A stretch of 64,000 bases of DNA from the NCBI GenBank assembly GCA_018992565.1, contig JACVGW010000002.1:1-64000 (forward strand), given 5' to 3'. Under the pieces are notes generated by a model, which did not search any database, was not told the origin of the DNA, and saw nothing but the letters and a program-made list of their open reading frames with translations. The number at the start of each line of letters is the position of its first letter. Within the stretch, counting starts at the first letter, position 1. A program made the translations under genes and the position numbers. Origin of the DNA: Theionarchaea archaeon. Lineage in GTDB: Archaea; Methanobacteriota_B; Thermococci; Methanofastidiosales; SZ-28-30. Positions 18,280-28,422 of the stretch are shown piece by piece.

Positions 18280-19872
18280 TCATAGCATCTTCTTGAGGGT
18301 CAATTCTTCTCGCAGGTATTTGAAAGGAATGCTTCCTGCCTGGAGCAGAATGTCATGAAATGATTGCTCAGAATAGGCCTTTCCCAGGTGGTTCTTAACG
18401 TCTTCCCGCAATTCCAGGAGCATATGCTTGCCCAGAAGGTAGCTCAAAGGGTAGGCTGGCGTCTTTGTATATCGCTTGACTTCTGCCAGAGCTGTGTTGG
18501 GCGACATTCCTGTCTCTTTCTGCAAAAAGGCCAGCGCCTGATCAAATGACATTGTCCTGCAGTGGAGACTCACGTCAATGATAATCCGCACTGCACGGAA
18601 GATGATGTCAACTGTCTGCACGAATTGTGCCTTTACATCTCCAAGCCCATGGTATCGCATGACTTCTTCACAGTAGTGTGCCCAGCCTTCAACGAATTCA
18701 GGTGCACAACTGAGCTGTCGTACAAGAGATGGGTTTCGGTTGGCCCAGACAGCCTGCAAATGGTGCCCAGGATAGGCCTCATGTGCTGATGTGTTGATCA
18801 GGGAAGAATTGTCATGCTCGGTGAGCAGGTGTTGTTCTACAGGAGTGACAAAGTAGATTCCCATTTGATCATCTTCGAAGGGTGCAGGAGGAAAATATGC
18901 GGCTGTCGGGACTATGTGCCGTAAAAAGACAGGAGTCTCCTCCACAATAAGGCGCTCTCCCTCGGGAATTGACGCGATTTTCTCAGTGAGTACCAGGTTC
19001 CGCACTTTTTCTATGGCTTCCTCATATTTCTTCAGGGCATCTTGGAACGTGGGAGGGTGGTCTTCTCGAATCTGGGTTCTGACCTGTTCAACTGACAACT
19101 GGGGATTGATCCCGGAAGAGAGCACGTCGAGGTGTTCCTTTTCCCTGCAGAGATACTCTTCTCCCAGGTGGAGGATTTGATCTGCAGTCATTCCCAATTC
19201 TCTCACCTGAAGCAGCTTCTCAAAGAGAGGCCTTCCCAGAGTGGGCTCTCCCTGGCAGGGCACCTGAGACAGCCACTCCACGTAGGAGGATAGAGCTGCT
19301 GCTGTCTTGGCAGAAGCCTCCTCCAGCTCAGCTGTCTCAACACCCTTCGCGAGAGCTGCAGATGATATGATCTCAAAGAAGAGGGGAAGCATAGTACACG
19401 ATTCAATAGCCATGTCCCGCCACAATGCAACAGAAGTGGAAATTCGGGTCTTAACCTCCTTGATGAAGGTGGGGCACTGTTGCAGCCGGGCAGTAATGGA
19501 CTGCAGTCGCGCTTCAAGAGGAGCGAATTCCCGGGAAAACAAGGGCACGATAGCATAGCCAATAATTGAACCACAGTCAGGATCTTTCTCCCACATGCGG
19601 ATGTCTTTCTCTCGGAAGAGGTTCTCCCTGGTAATGGAAATCATCAGGTCATAGTCAATTTGCCTTTCTCGAGAGAGGGATTCTCTGTCTATGGATTGCA
19701 CTTCTTCAAGGCACTTGGAGAGCTCTTCAATAAAGAGCAATTGAGATTCTTTGGTTCCAGAAGGCATTTTTGTATCGTATTGGTGCAGTCCAAATCCGGT
19801 AGCAAGGTCAGGCTTGAATTTCATGAGAGAGTCAAAGGCGTCACGTACGGTGCTATCGAATTCATCATTCAT
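18280..19872 (-). CDS. DUF885-family putative metallopeptidase
   Basis: HEAYPGHHLQ, EGWAHYCE and YLLGK motifs. Confidence 0.9.
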   Translation of the reverse strand: MNDEFDSTVRDAFDSLMKFKPDLATGFGLHQYDTKMPSGTKESQLLFIEELSKCLEEVQSIDRESLSRERQIDYDLMISITRENLFREKDIRMWEKDPDCGSIIGYAIVPLFSREFAPLEARLQSITARLQQCPTFIKEVKTRISTSVALWRDMAIESCTMLPLFFEIISSAALAKGVETAELEEASAKTAAALSSYVEWLSQVPCQGEPTLGRPLFEKLLQVRELGMTADQILHLGEEYLCREKEHLDVLSSGINPQLSVEQVRTQIREDHPPTFQDALKKYEEAIEKVRNLVLTEKIASIPEGERLIVEETPVFLRHIVPTAAYFPPAPFEDDQMGIYFVTPVEQHLLTEHDNSSLINTSAHEAYPGHHLQAVWANRNPSLVRQLSCAPEFVEGWAHYCEEVMRYHGLGDVKAQFVQTVDIIFRAVRIIIDVSLHCRTMSFDQALAFLQKETGMSPNTALAEVKRYTKTPAYPLSYLLGKHMLLELREDVKNHLGKAYSEQSFHDILLQAGSIPFKYLREELTLKKML

Positions 19873-20020
19873 AGCTTCCCTATATTCACCACTATAAAAG
19901 GATTCACTCTCAATTGTTCAGCATTAATTGCTGCACATATCATGATGTGACATCGGAATACTTATAAGGAATGGAAGACTAGTACGTATACTGTGTTTTT
20001 TGTCTCAATAAGGAGGAATC

Positions 20021-20380
20021 ATGATGAAACACACTATATGTCACATTGAATGGTCTTCAACAGATCTGGAGAGAACAAAAAAATTTCTTTCAGGACTTTT
20101 TGATTGGGAATTTGAATATTGGGGAGAGAATTACCTGCTTTTCAGCCCACCTGAGGGTGTGGGAGGAGGAATAGCACGAATGGACAAAGTCAACCCTGGG
20201 GATTCTCCCCTCGTTCATATCGAGGTGGATGACATTGAGCCTTATCTTGAAAAGGCGAAGAAGCTGGGAGGAGGAGTTGCGGCTCCCAAGACGGAGATTC
20301 CCACTGTAGGGTGGTATGCAGTTCTCACCGACCCTGATGAGAATCTGGTGGCACTTTTCCAGGGCATCAAAGAAGAATAG
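20021..20380 (+). CDS. VOC (glyoxalase/bleomycin resistance) family protein
   Basis: ICHIEW, VDDIE and DPDEN motifs; AGGAGG RBS. Confidence 0.9.
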   Translation: MMKHTICHIEWSSTDLERTKKFLSGLFDWEFEYWGENYLLFSPPEGVGGGIARMDKVNPGDSPLVHIEVDDIEPYLEKAKKLGGGVAAPKTEIPTVGWYAVLTDPDENLVALFQGIKEE

Positions 20381-20384
20381 TCCT

Positions 20385-21149
20385 TTATTCTTTCGCACAT
20401 TCATCGAGAAACCACAGGATCTTATGTGTTATCCTGCTTTCTGGAGTAATACTATGGATAATGCTGAAATGCGTTGTTCCTGGGATTTCAATGCATTCTG
20501 CTCCCACTTTGCGGGCGAATTCTTTTCCCTGGCTCTTTATCAACGAGAGATCGTGTTCAGCAATGATAGTGAGAAAAGGAGGAGCTTTCTGGGGATTGTG
20601 ATTCATGGGTGATGCATGATACCAGGTATCGGGATTCATACCAAAGGCAGAGGTGATCATACCCTCTCCCCAGGAAGTCTCAGCCATGCTTACAAGGTCA
20701 AAAACCCCACTAATGCAGATGACACCTTGTATGGAGGGAAAGGTGGAAAATTCATGTGACCGAGGGGGACTCAGGGCGAGCAGGGCAGCAATGTGGCCGC
20801 CTGAAGAATGTCCCAACAGGAATATGCTGTTCTCGTCGCCTCCGTACGAGGAAATGTCCGTGTGAACCCAGAAGAAAGCGCGTGCTGCATCTATCAAGTG
20901 TTGAGGATGTTTGACAGCAGGAGACATTCGGTGATCAATGACTGCAGTGGCTACACCTTTCTGTGCAAGAGTCACACCAAGGGATTGATGGACCTCTTTT
21001 TCCCCTCCGCTCCAGGCACCTCCGTGGACAAAGAGTACAGTGGGAAACCCTCTCTTCTCTGGCAGGTAGAGATCGAGAGTATGGTCTCTTGGACTGTAGT
21101 CAGCCCCCTGGTAGTAGGGGATATTCCTTCGGGTTCGTATGGAGTCCAT
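20385..21149 (-). CDS. Alpha/beta hydrolase (HSL / kynurenine formamidase-like)
   Basis: HGGAW, GHSSGG and C-terminal HF motifs. Confidence 0.9.
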   Translation of the reverse strand: MDSIRTRRNIPYYQGADYSPRDHTLDLYLPEKRGFPTVLFVHGGAWSGGEKEVHQSLGVTLAQKGVATAVIDHRMSPAVKHPQHLIDAARAFFWVHTDISSYGGDENSIFLLGHSSGGHIAALLALSPPRSHEFSTFPSIQGVICISGVFDLVSMAETSWGEGMITSAFGMNPDTWYHASPMNHNPQKAPPFLTIIAEHDLSLIKSQGKEFARKVGAECIEIPGTTHFSIIHSITPESRITHKILWFLDECAKE

Positions 21150-21226
21150 ACATGAAGTATATCTGGTCTGAGATAAAGGTTGTCATGGTGAATAATGTTT
21201 AAAAAGGGTGGCCTGCATTCTCTTTC

Positions 21227-21445
21227 ATGTGTCTTGCAGTACCTGGTAAGGTTACAGAAATTTCCGGGACAGAGGGTATAGTCGATTTTGGTGGCGTTAA
21301 ACAGAAGGTGCGCATCGATTTGATACAGGATCTGAAACCAGGGGATTATGTCATTGTCCATACAGGATTTGCTATTGAAAAACTGGATGAAAAGGATGCA
21401 CTGGAGACACTGGAACTGTGGAAAGAATTGGCGGAATATATGTGA
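21227..21445 (+). CDS. hypC: Hydrogenase maturation chaperone HypC
   Basis: MCLAVPG and GDYVIVHTGFAI motifs. Confidence 0.97.
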   Translation: MCLAVPGKVTEISGTEGIVDFGGVKQKVRIDLIQDLKPGDYVIVHTGFAIEKLDEKDALETLELWKELAEYM

Positions 21446-21449
21446 TTCA

Positions 21450-22508
21450 ATGGCAGGAATAGCCCCCATGCTTCAGGATATACGTGCTGCAGCTTCTTCT
21501 CTACCTCATGTTAAGATTATGCACGTATGTGGAACCCATGAGCAGAGCATTGTTCAGTATGGACTGCGATCACTGCTTCCAGATACGGTGGAGATTATTG
21601 CTGGACCCGGGTGCCCCGTATGTATCACACCCAAATATGATATTGATGTGGCAGTCTTCTTGGCCAAAAGGGGTACACTTGTCACCACCTTTGGGGACAT
21701 GTATAAGGTTCCGTCCACAGAATCACTGTCAGATGCAAGGTCGAGAGGAGCGGACATCCGGATTGTGTACAGCATCAGTAATGCAGTGGAACTGGCGAAG
21801 AAGAACCCGGGTAGGGAGGTTGTCCACTTCGGAATTGGGTTCGAGACCACAGCACCCACCACCGCACTGGTTGTCCAGGATGCGCCAGAGAATTTCTCAG
21901 TGCTGTGCTGTCACCGACTAATACCTCCTGCTCTCCTGTTCTTGTTGGGACTGGGTGCCATTGATATTCAAGGGTTCATTGATCCGGGTCATGTTTCTGC
22001 CATTATTGGGTCGAGACCCTACAGGGCGATATCTGAGAACTACAGGGTGCCCCAGGTGGTGGCCGGGTTTGAAGCTGAGGATCTTGTCAAGAGTGTCTTA
22101 ATGGTTCTGAACCAGTTGCAGGAGGGGAGGGCGGAAGTTGAGAATGAATACACGAGGGTCGTGAAAGAAGAAGGGAATGTCTTGGCCCAGCAGGTCATGG
22201 CAGAGGTTTTCCAGGTGGTGGATGCTGACTGGAGGGCGCTTCCAAGGATTCCGGGCTCAGGATATGAGTTATCTGATAAGTATGGGGACTGGAATGCCAG
22301 AAAGAAGTTTGAGGGACTGCTGGAGGATTTTGTGTATGTGGCTGATGAGCCTCGCGGATGCCGATGTGGTGAGGTGCTGAGGGGTCTGGTGTATCCAGAG
22401 GAATGCCCTTTGTTCAGGAAGGTGTGCACACCTGTGAACCCTGTGGGCCCGTGCATGGTGTCCAGGGAGGGTTCCTGCAGTATCAAGTACAGGTATAGTA
22501 GGGAGTAG
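21450..22508 (+). CDS. hypD: Hydrogenase maturation protein HypD
   Basis: CGTHE, GPGCPVC, GFETT, PGHVS and GPCMVSREGSC motifs. Confidence 0.97.
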   Translation: MAGIAPMLQDIRAAASSLPHVKIMHVCGTHEQSIVQYGLRSLLPDTVEIIAGPGCPVCITPKYDIDVAVFLAKRGTLVTTFGDMYKVPSTESLSDARSRGADIRIVYSISNAVELAKKNPGREVVHFGIGFETTAPTTALVVQDAPENFSVLCCHRLIPPALLFLLGLGAIDIQGFIDPGHVSAIIGSRPYRAISENYRVPQVVAGFEAEDLVKSVLMVLNQLQEGRAEVENEYTRVVKEEGNVLAQQVMAEVFQVVDADWRALPRIPGSGYELSDKYGDWNARKKFEGLLEDFVYVADEPRGCRCGEVLRGLVYPEECPLFRKVCTPVNPVGPCMVSREGSCSIKYRYSRE

Positions 22509-22534
22509 AAAGAATAATTTTGGTTGGTGAGGGA

Positions 22535-22909
22535 TTACTGGTCTGGTTTTTCAATCCGTATGGATTTGATGTTTAGTTCTCTTCCTTCAGTAATTTCTAG
22601 ATCTTTGCTTCCACACTGGCACTCGATAACTGGAAATATGTAGTGATCATCAGGTGTTCTGTCCCATCGGAATTCTCTCCCGCACTTCTTACATGTGAGT
22701 TTCGAGGGTTTGGACGTTATGTTGATAATAGCCCCTTCTGCCATTGTTTTCTCAATGACGAGTTCTAAGCAGAACTGGAACTGTTCTGGATTCAGAAAGA
22801 GGAGTTCACCAATTTCTATGTTGATTTCATGGATTTTGGTAGCCTGTTCTTCCTGTGCTTTCTTCAGGATAATGTCTGCCACTGATGTAGCCATGGATAG
22901 TTCGTGCAT
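22535..22909 (-). CDS. hypA: Hydrogenase nickel chaperone HypA
   Basis: MHELSMA start, CKKC...CQC and GRE motifs. Confidence 0.95.
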   Translation of the reverse strand: MHELSMATSVADIILKKAQEEQATKIHEINIEIGELLFLNPEQFQFCLELVIEKTMAEGAIINITSKPSKLTCKKCGREFRWDRTPDDHYIFPVIECQCGSKDLEITEGRELNIKSIRIEKPDQ

Positions 22910-22986
22910 TGATGGTACTCTCTAAAGAGGGTTAAAAGTGTTTCTGTCTGTACGGCACTTGAAGCCCATTACGGGAAGGTATCACC

Positions 22987-24168
22987 TCACTCCTGGAACT
23001 CCTTTGAGATGATTCTGTATGCATCTCTGAAGGGGATGCCCTCTCTCACAAGGTCGTACACCTTTTCTGTGGCATACACCTCTGGTACTAGAGCGCTCCT
23101 GCAGTTCTCTTCATTTACCTTCACATTCTTCAATACCATTGAGAGTATGTCCAGGCATGATTCTGTAATTATGAAGCTCTTCATGACAGGTTCTTTGGTT
23201 AGCTGTATATCCCTGTTATACCCAGAAGGCAGGTTCCCTGCAAGCCCTTTCAATCTGACTTCATACGATACTATCTCGTGGTATTTCCCACGGAGTATCT
23301 CCAGAACATCAGGATTTTTCTTGTGAGGCATGATGGAACTTCCCGTACAGATTTCAGGATTTAACTCAAAGAACCCGAACTCCTGCATGCTGAAGAGTAT
23401 GATATCTGATGCAGCTTTATTCACATCAGCCATTACTTGAGTGAGAGCGTGGAGTATGGATGATTCGAATTTTCCTCTGCTGTTCTGGACATAGATGGGG
23501 TTTTCTTGCACTCTTGCAAATCCAAGAAGTTTCGCAGTCAGGTTGCGGTCAATTTCAGTGCCAACTCCGTATCCTGCACCAGTTCCCAGAGGCGATTGAT
23601 CTATGAGAACCCTTGTCCACTCCAGTACCATTTTATTATCATCCATAGACTCAATAAACGATTCACTCCACATTCCAACAGAGGAGGGCATGGCCTTTCT
23701 CATATGAGTGTACCCGGGCAGTGCAATGTGTCCATACTCCTTTTCAAATGACTTCAATGCTTCCTCAAGCTCATCTATCTTTTGGAGCACTGACGTAATC
23801 TTGTCTTTGTAATACAGTCGCAGTGCTGTCAGTACCTGGTCATTTCTTGAACGGTAGCAATGAATCTTCTTACCAGCATTTTTTACCTTCTTGACAAGAT
23901 ATGTTTCAATTGCGGTGTGACAATCTTCGTCATCTTGTGTAATCACAAATGTACCGTGTTTGGAACGTGCGAGTATTTCTTCCAGGCAGGTTATGAGACT
24001 CGCAAGTTCTTCTTTCGTGAGAATGTTCATAGCATGAAGCAATTTCGCGTGGGCAATTGATGCAATACAGTCATATGGTACTAGTTCATAATCTGTTACA
24101 AAATCCCTATCTACGGTGAATTCCTCCACCTGTTTGTCAAGTGTATAATCCTTCTTCCATAGTTTCAT
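22987..24168 (-). CDS. argH: Argininosuccinate lyase (short form)
   Basis: RSRNDQ, PGYTH and GSSIMPHKKNPD motifs. Confidence 0.95.
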   Translation of the reverse strand: MKLWKKDYTLDKQVEEFTVDRDFVTDYELVPYDCIASIAHAKLLHAMNILTKEELASLITCLEEILARSKHGTFVITQDDEDCHTAIETYLVKKVKNAGKKIHCYRSRNDQVLTALRLYYKDKITSVLQKIDELEEALKSFEKEYGHIALPGYTHMRKAMPSSVGMWSESFIESMDDNKMVLEWTRVLIDQSPLGTGAGYGVGTEIDRNLTAKLLGFARVQENPIYVQNSRGKFESSILHALTQVMADVNKAASDIILFSMQEFGFFELNPEICTGSSIMPHKKNPDVLEILRGKYHEIVSYEVRLKGLAGNLPSGYNRDIQLTKEPVMKSFIITESCLDILSMVLKNVKVNEENCRSALVPEVYATEKVYDLVREGIPFRDAYRIISKEFQE

Positions 24169-27100
24169 AGTATCAACCGGTTCATGTACTCACTCCATCT
24201 CAGTGGCTTGAGATCATCTTCTGTGTATCTGGAAATCGCATCTGCAAAGAGGATAGCACACTGCACGTCAGTGATCAATGGCACTGAAAAATCTGCAGCA
24301 ACCCTTCTGATGGAATAGCCTGTGGATGCTCCTGGATTGTCTCGTTTTGGAATGTTGATTACCAGATCAATGCCCTTTTTCCGGATATAGTTCAGAACAT
24401 TTGAATCGCCCCCTCCCTCCACGGGCAGGACCTCAAGGTTAATGTTGTGCTCCTTGTAGAAGCCTGCTGTTCCTGGTGTACCATACAGCACAAACCCTTT
24501 GTCGAGCTTTCTCACCGAATCCAGGAGCTGCACTTTTTGCTGTATATCTCCTGTAGACAGAAGGATCTTCTCAGGAATAGTCACCCCGGCGGACACCATT
24601 GCTTTCAAGAAAGCTTCCTGCAGGTCCTCTCCAAAACAGGCCACTTCTCCTGTAGATGCCATCTCCACACCCAGATGAGGGTCTGTGCCTCTCAATCGTG
24701 TAAAAGAGAATAGAGGAGCTTTGACTCCCACATATCTCCGATCAAAAGCTTTCATATCTACTTTTTCAAGAGGGCAGCCCAGGATTGCTCGTGTTGCCAG
24801 CTCAATGAAATTTGTGTTGTACACCTTTGATACGAAAGGAATGCTGCGCGAAGCCCGGAGGTTACATTCAATAACCTTAACCTCATCGCCTTTCACAATA
24901 ACCTGGATATTGACGGGGCCAGTATGATCCAGATGGCTGACCACGCTCTCACTGATTTTTCGTATCTTGGCTATGGTTTCCAGACACAGTCTCTGAGCGG
25001 GAGTAACCAGGGTTGCATCGCCTGAGTGGACACCTGCATTCTCAACATGTTCTGAAAGAGCCCATGCAATGATCTGGCCTTTCTGTACAACCATGTCCAT
25101 GTCGACCTCTCTTGCATCAGTAATGAATTTGGTGACGACTACAGGATGTGCCGGTGAGACTGCCTTGGCTGCAGAGAGGAGCTGCTCCAGATCTGTCTCT
25201 TCATAGGCGATATTCATGGCAGCACCACTCAGGACATAGGAGGGACGTATGAGGACAGGGTACCCAACCTGATCACAAAAGGCTTTCACCTCCTCAAGAG
25301 TGGTGAGAGTTTTCCACTGTGGCTGATCAATCCCCAGTTTATCCAGGAGAGTTGAGAATGTGTGTCTGTCTTCTACTGAATCAATGACATGAGGAGGCGT
25401 ACCAAGAATTGTCACTCCTGCAGAACTCAGCTGGTGTGCCAAACTGTTGGGGATTTGCCCACCCATGCTGAGGATTATCCCGTCAGGGGCTTCTTTTTCA
25501 TAGATGTCAAGGACTCTTTCTGAGGTCAATTCTTCAAAGTACAATCGGTCACACTCATCATAGTCTGTGCTGACTGTCTCAGGGTTGCAGTTGATAACGA
25601 TGGTCTTGACATTCTGAGCCTTCAAGGTCTTGACACAGTGTACGCAGCACCAGTCGAATTCAACACTCGACCCTATGCTGTAGGGACCGCTTCCTATGAC
25701 GAGGACACCCTTCTGGTGCAAGGGGATATCATCCGTCTGGGCATTGTAGGTTACATACAGGTACGCTGTTTTGCAGGGGTACTCAGCAGCCAGTGTGTCA
25801 ATTTGCTTGATAACTGGAATAATCCCGTAACGGTGCCTCATAGCTCTGATCTCGTTTTCCTGGAGCTCCTTCCTCTTTTGGGAGTGCGCAATCTGCCTGT
25901 CAGAAAACCCGTATTCTTTTGCCCTTTTCAAGAGGTCTGGCGTCAATCTTTCTGTTTGTAGATGCTCATGCATATCGACGATGGCTTTTATCTTGGAGAG
26001 AAACCACTTATCAATGTGGGTGAGTTCAGAAACCCTTTCCACAGTCAGTCCTTTCGAGAATGCTGTCACCAGTGCAAAAATCCTCTTGTCTGTGGGATGA
26101 ATCAGCTCGTTTTCAAGATCTTCAATCAAGACGTCTTCTGTGAGTCCTGAGAACGAGGGATCTATCATCCTCACTGCTTTCTGAATGGCTTCCTCGAATT
26201 TCCTCCCGATGGCCATGACTTCTCCCACGCTTTTCATTGAACTTCCAATGTGATTGTCTATGGTCTTGAATTTCCTGCTGTCCCAGCGTGGCATCTTTAC
26301 TGCAATGTAGTCCAAGGCAGGCTCAACCATGGCGGTGGTAATTCCTGTCACAGGGTTAGGTATGTCAATGAGGTTGTATCCCAATCCCAGTTTTGCTGCA
26401 ATGAAAGCAATGGGATATCCTGTGGCTTTTGATGCCAGCGCACTACTTCGTGACAGCCGTGCATTTACTTCAATGACCCGATATTCATCTGAATCATGGT
26501 TCAAGGCGAATTGGACATTGCATTCCCCAATAATAGAAAAGTGCCTTGCAATCTTAAGAGAGAGTGCTCGAAGCTTCTGATATTCGTCATCACTCAGAGT
26601 CTGAGATGGGGCAACGACGATAGATTCTCCTGTATGGATACCCATAGGGTCCATGTTTTCCATGTTACATACGGTGATGCAATTGTCGTATGAATCACGT
26701 ATGACTTCATATTCCACCTCTTTCCACCCCACAAGGGATTCTTCCAGGAGCACCTGAGGTGAATGAGCCAGCGCCTGTAGCAACAATGGCTGGAGGTCCT
26801 CTGGGGTGAGGCAGAGTCCTGACGCCAGACCACCCAATGCAAATCCTGTTCGGAGCAGCAAGGGGAATCCAATCCTCTCAGCAGCTCTCATACCTTCATC
26901 CACTGTACTAACAGACAGGCTGAAGGGAATCTTGATGCCGAGGGAGGATAGTGTACGTGCGAATGTTCCTTTGTCTTCAGTGGCAATAATATTTTCAATG
27001 GAAGTTCCAATCACATCTACATGGTATTTCTGGAAGATACCAGAGGTATAGAGGTCAATCCCGCAATTGAGAGCTGTCTGACCTCCAAAACTGACAAGTA

Positions 27101-27347
27101 TGCTGTCTGGTCTTTCCTTCTCAATGACCTTCTTCACGAAGAGGGGTGTTACCGGGACGAAGTACACCTCATCTGAGAATCCTTTTGATGTCTGGATAGT
27201 TGCAATATTGGGGTTGACCAAAACGGTGGTGACCCCTTCCTCCTGCAGTGCTTTCAGGGCCTGAGATCCCGAGTAGTCAAACTCCCCAGCCTGGCCAATG
27301 GTGAGGCCCCCCGAACCCAGGATAAGTGCCTTATCGTGCATGCGCAT
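24165..27347 (-). CDS. carB: Carbamoyl-phosphate synthase large subunit
   Basis: GQAGEFDYSG, SRSSALASKATG, NPETVSTDYD, RPSYVLSG motifs and an MGS domain. Confidence 0.97.
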   Translation of the reverse strand: MRMHDKALILGSGGLTIGQAGEFDYSGSQALKALQEEGVTTVLVNPNIATIQTSKGFSDEVYFVPVTPLFVKKVIEKERPDSILVSFGGQTALNCGIDLYTSGIFQKYHVDVIGTSIENIIATEDKGTFARTLSSLGIKIPFSLSVSTVDEGMRAAERIGFPLLLRTGFALGGLASGLCLTPEDLQPLLLQALAHSPQVLLEESLVGWKEVEYEVIRDSYDNCITVCNMENMDPMGIHTGESIVVAPSQTLSDDEYQKLRALSLKIARHFSIIGECNVQFALNHDSDEYRVIEVNARLSRSSALASKATGYPIAFIAAKLGLGYNLIDIPNPVTGITTAMVEPALDYIAVKMPRWDSRKFKTIDNHIGSSMKSVGEVMAIGRKFEEAIQKAVRMIDPSFSGLTEDVLIEDLENELIHPTDKRIFALVTAFSKGLTVERVSELTHIDKWFLSKIKAIVDMHEHLQTERLTPDLLKRAKEYGFSDRQIAHSQKRKELQENEIRAMRHRYGIIPVIKQIDTLAAEYPCKTAYLYVTYNAQTDDIPLHQKGVLVIGSGPYSIGSSVEFDWCCVHCVKTLKAQNVKTIVINCNPETVSTDYDECDRLYFEELTSERVLDIYEKEAPDGIILSMGGQIPNSLAHQLSSAGVTILGTPPHVIDSVEDRHTFSTLLDKLGIDQPQWKTLTTLEEVKAFCDQVGYPVLIRPSYVLSGAAMNIAYEETDLEQLLSAAKAVSPAHPVVVTKFITDAREVDMDMVVQKGQIIAWALSEHVENAGVHSGDATLVTPAQRLCLETIAKIRKISESVVSHLDHTGPVNIQVIVKGDEVKVIECNLRASRSIPFVSKVYNTNFIELATRAILGCPLEKVDMKAFDRRYVGVKAPLFSFTRLRGTDPHLGVEMASTGEVACFGEDLQEAFLKAMVSAGVTIPEKILLSTGDIQQKVQLLDSVRKLDKGFVLYGTPGTAGFYKEHNINLEVLPVEGGGDSNVLNYIRKKGIDLVINIPKRDNPGASTGYSIRRVAADFSVPLITDVQCAILFADAISRYTEDDLKPLRWSEYMNRLIL

Positions 27348-28404
27348 CAGCCATCTTCACAAATGTGTCAAACAAGTAATCTGTATCCCTGGGACCGCAG
27401 CACCCTTCAGGGTGGAACTGGACGCTGAAGAAAGGGAGGTGCTTGTGATATATGCCTTCGTTTGTATAGTCATTTACGTTGTAGAACAACTGACCCCATT
27501 CAGGAGACAGAGTACTGGTATCCACAGCAAATCCGTGGTTCTGGGCCGTGATGAACCCTCTCTTTTCAGCTGTTGCCACAGGCTGATTCTGACCTCTATG
27601 ACCATACGGGAGTTTGAATGAACGAGCCCCGGCAGCCAGTGCCAGGAGCTGATGCCCAAGACAGATGCCAAAGAGAGGGATTTCCTGCTCAATCACCTTT
27701 TGCACGATGGCTATGGTTTCCTGACAGGTGGCAGGATCACCAGGTCCATTTGACAAGAGCACTCCATCATAATCCTTGTCTGTAAAATCGTAGTTCCACG
27801 GGACTATCACCACCTGAGCATTCCTGTTGAGAAGGTTTCTCACGATGCTATTCTTGACTCCACAGTCCACTACCACGATTCTAGTCTCTCCTGTTCCCAG
27901 TTCCACCGGATTCTCGCGCGAGACTGCTTTAACAAGATTTTCTTTATTGGGGTCTACAAAGTCAATATCCTCAGAGATGACCACTTTACCGAGCATGACC
28001 CCCTTTTCTCGCAGCTTCACTGTGAGGGCACGCGTATCGATACCAGAAATACCAGGAATTCTCCCCTGCTGCAGCCACGATTCGAAGCTGGTGCGTGCAT
28101 TCCAGTGGTTATGATGGGTGCACCATTCAGACAGGATAACAGCCTTTACATGTATCTTCCGTGATTCAAAGTGGTTGTATACACCATATTCGTCAACAGA
28201 TGGCCCGGGAATCCCGTAATTGCCTATCAAAGGGTAAGCAAAGGTGAGAATCTGACCAGCATACGAAGGATCCGTGAGCGCCTCTGAATATCCTGTCATC
28301 CCGGTGGTAAAGACCACTTCACCTGCAACTGAAGCAGGAAATCCAAAGACAGACCCGGAGAAGGTTGACCCATCTTCAAGAATGAGAGTTCCCGTAGGGT
28401 TCAT
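27331..28404 (-). CDS. carA: Carbamoyl-phosphate synthase small subunit
   Basis: LTDPSY, SNGPGDP, GICLGHQ and QFHPE motifs. Confidence 0.97.
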   Translation of the reverse strand: MNPTGTLILEDGSTFSGSVFGFPASVAGEVVFTTGMTGYSEALTDPSYAGQILTFAYPLIGNYGIPGPSVDEYGVYNHFESRKIHVKAVILSEWCTHHNHWNARTSFESWLQQGRIPGISGIDTRALTVKLREKGVMLGKVVISEDIDFVDPNKENLVKAVSRENPVELGTGETRIVVVDCGVKNSIVRNLLNRNAQVVIVPWNYDFTDKDYDGVLLSNGPGDPATCQETIAIVQKVIEQEIPLFGICLGHQLLALAAGARSFKLPYGHRGQNQPVATAEKRGFITAQNHGFAVDTSTLSPEWGQLFYNVNDYTNEGIYHKHLPFFSVQFHPEGCCGPRDTDYLFDTFVKMADAHAR

Positions 28405-28422
28405 GGTAGTTGTCCCCGTAGG

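Noticed and set aside
21227..22909. hyp genes as a novel hydrogenase locus
   Set aside because: Ordinary maturation genes; scattered hyp genes without structural subunits are normal in archaea.
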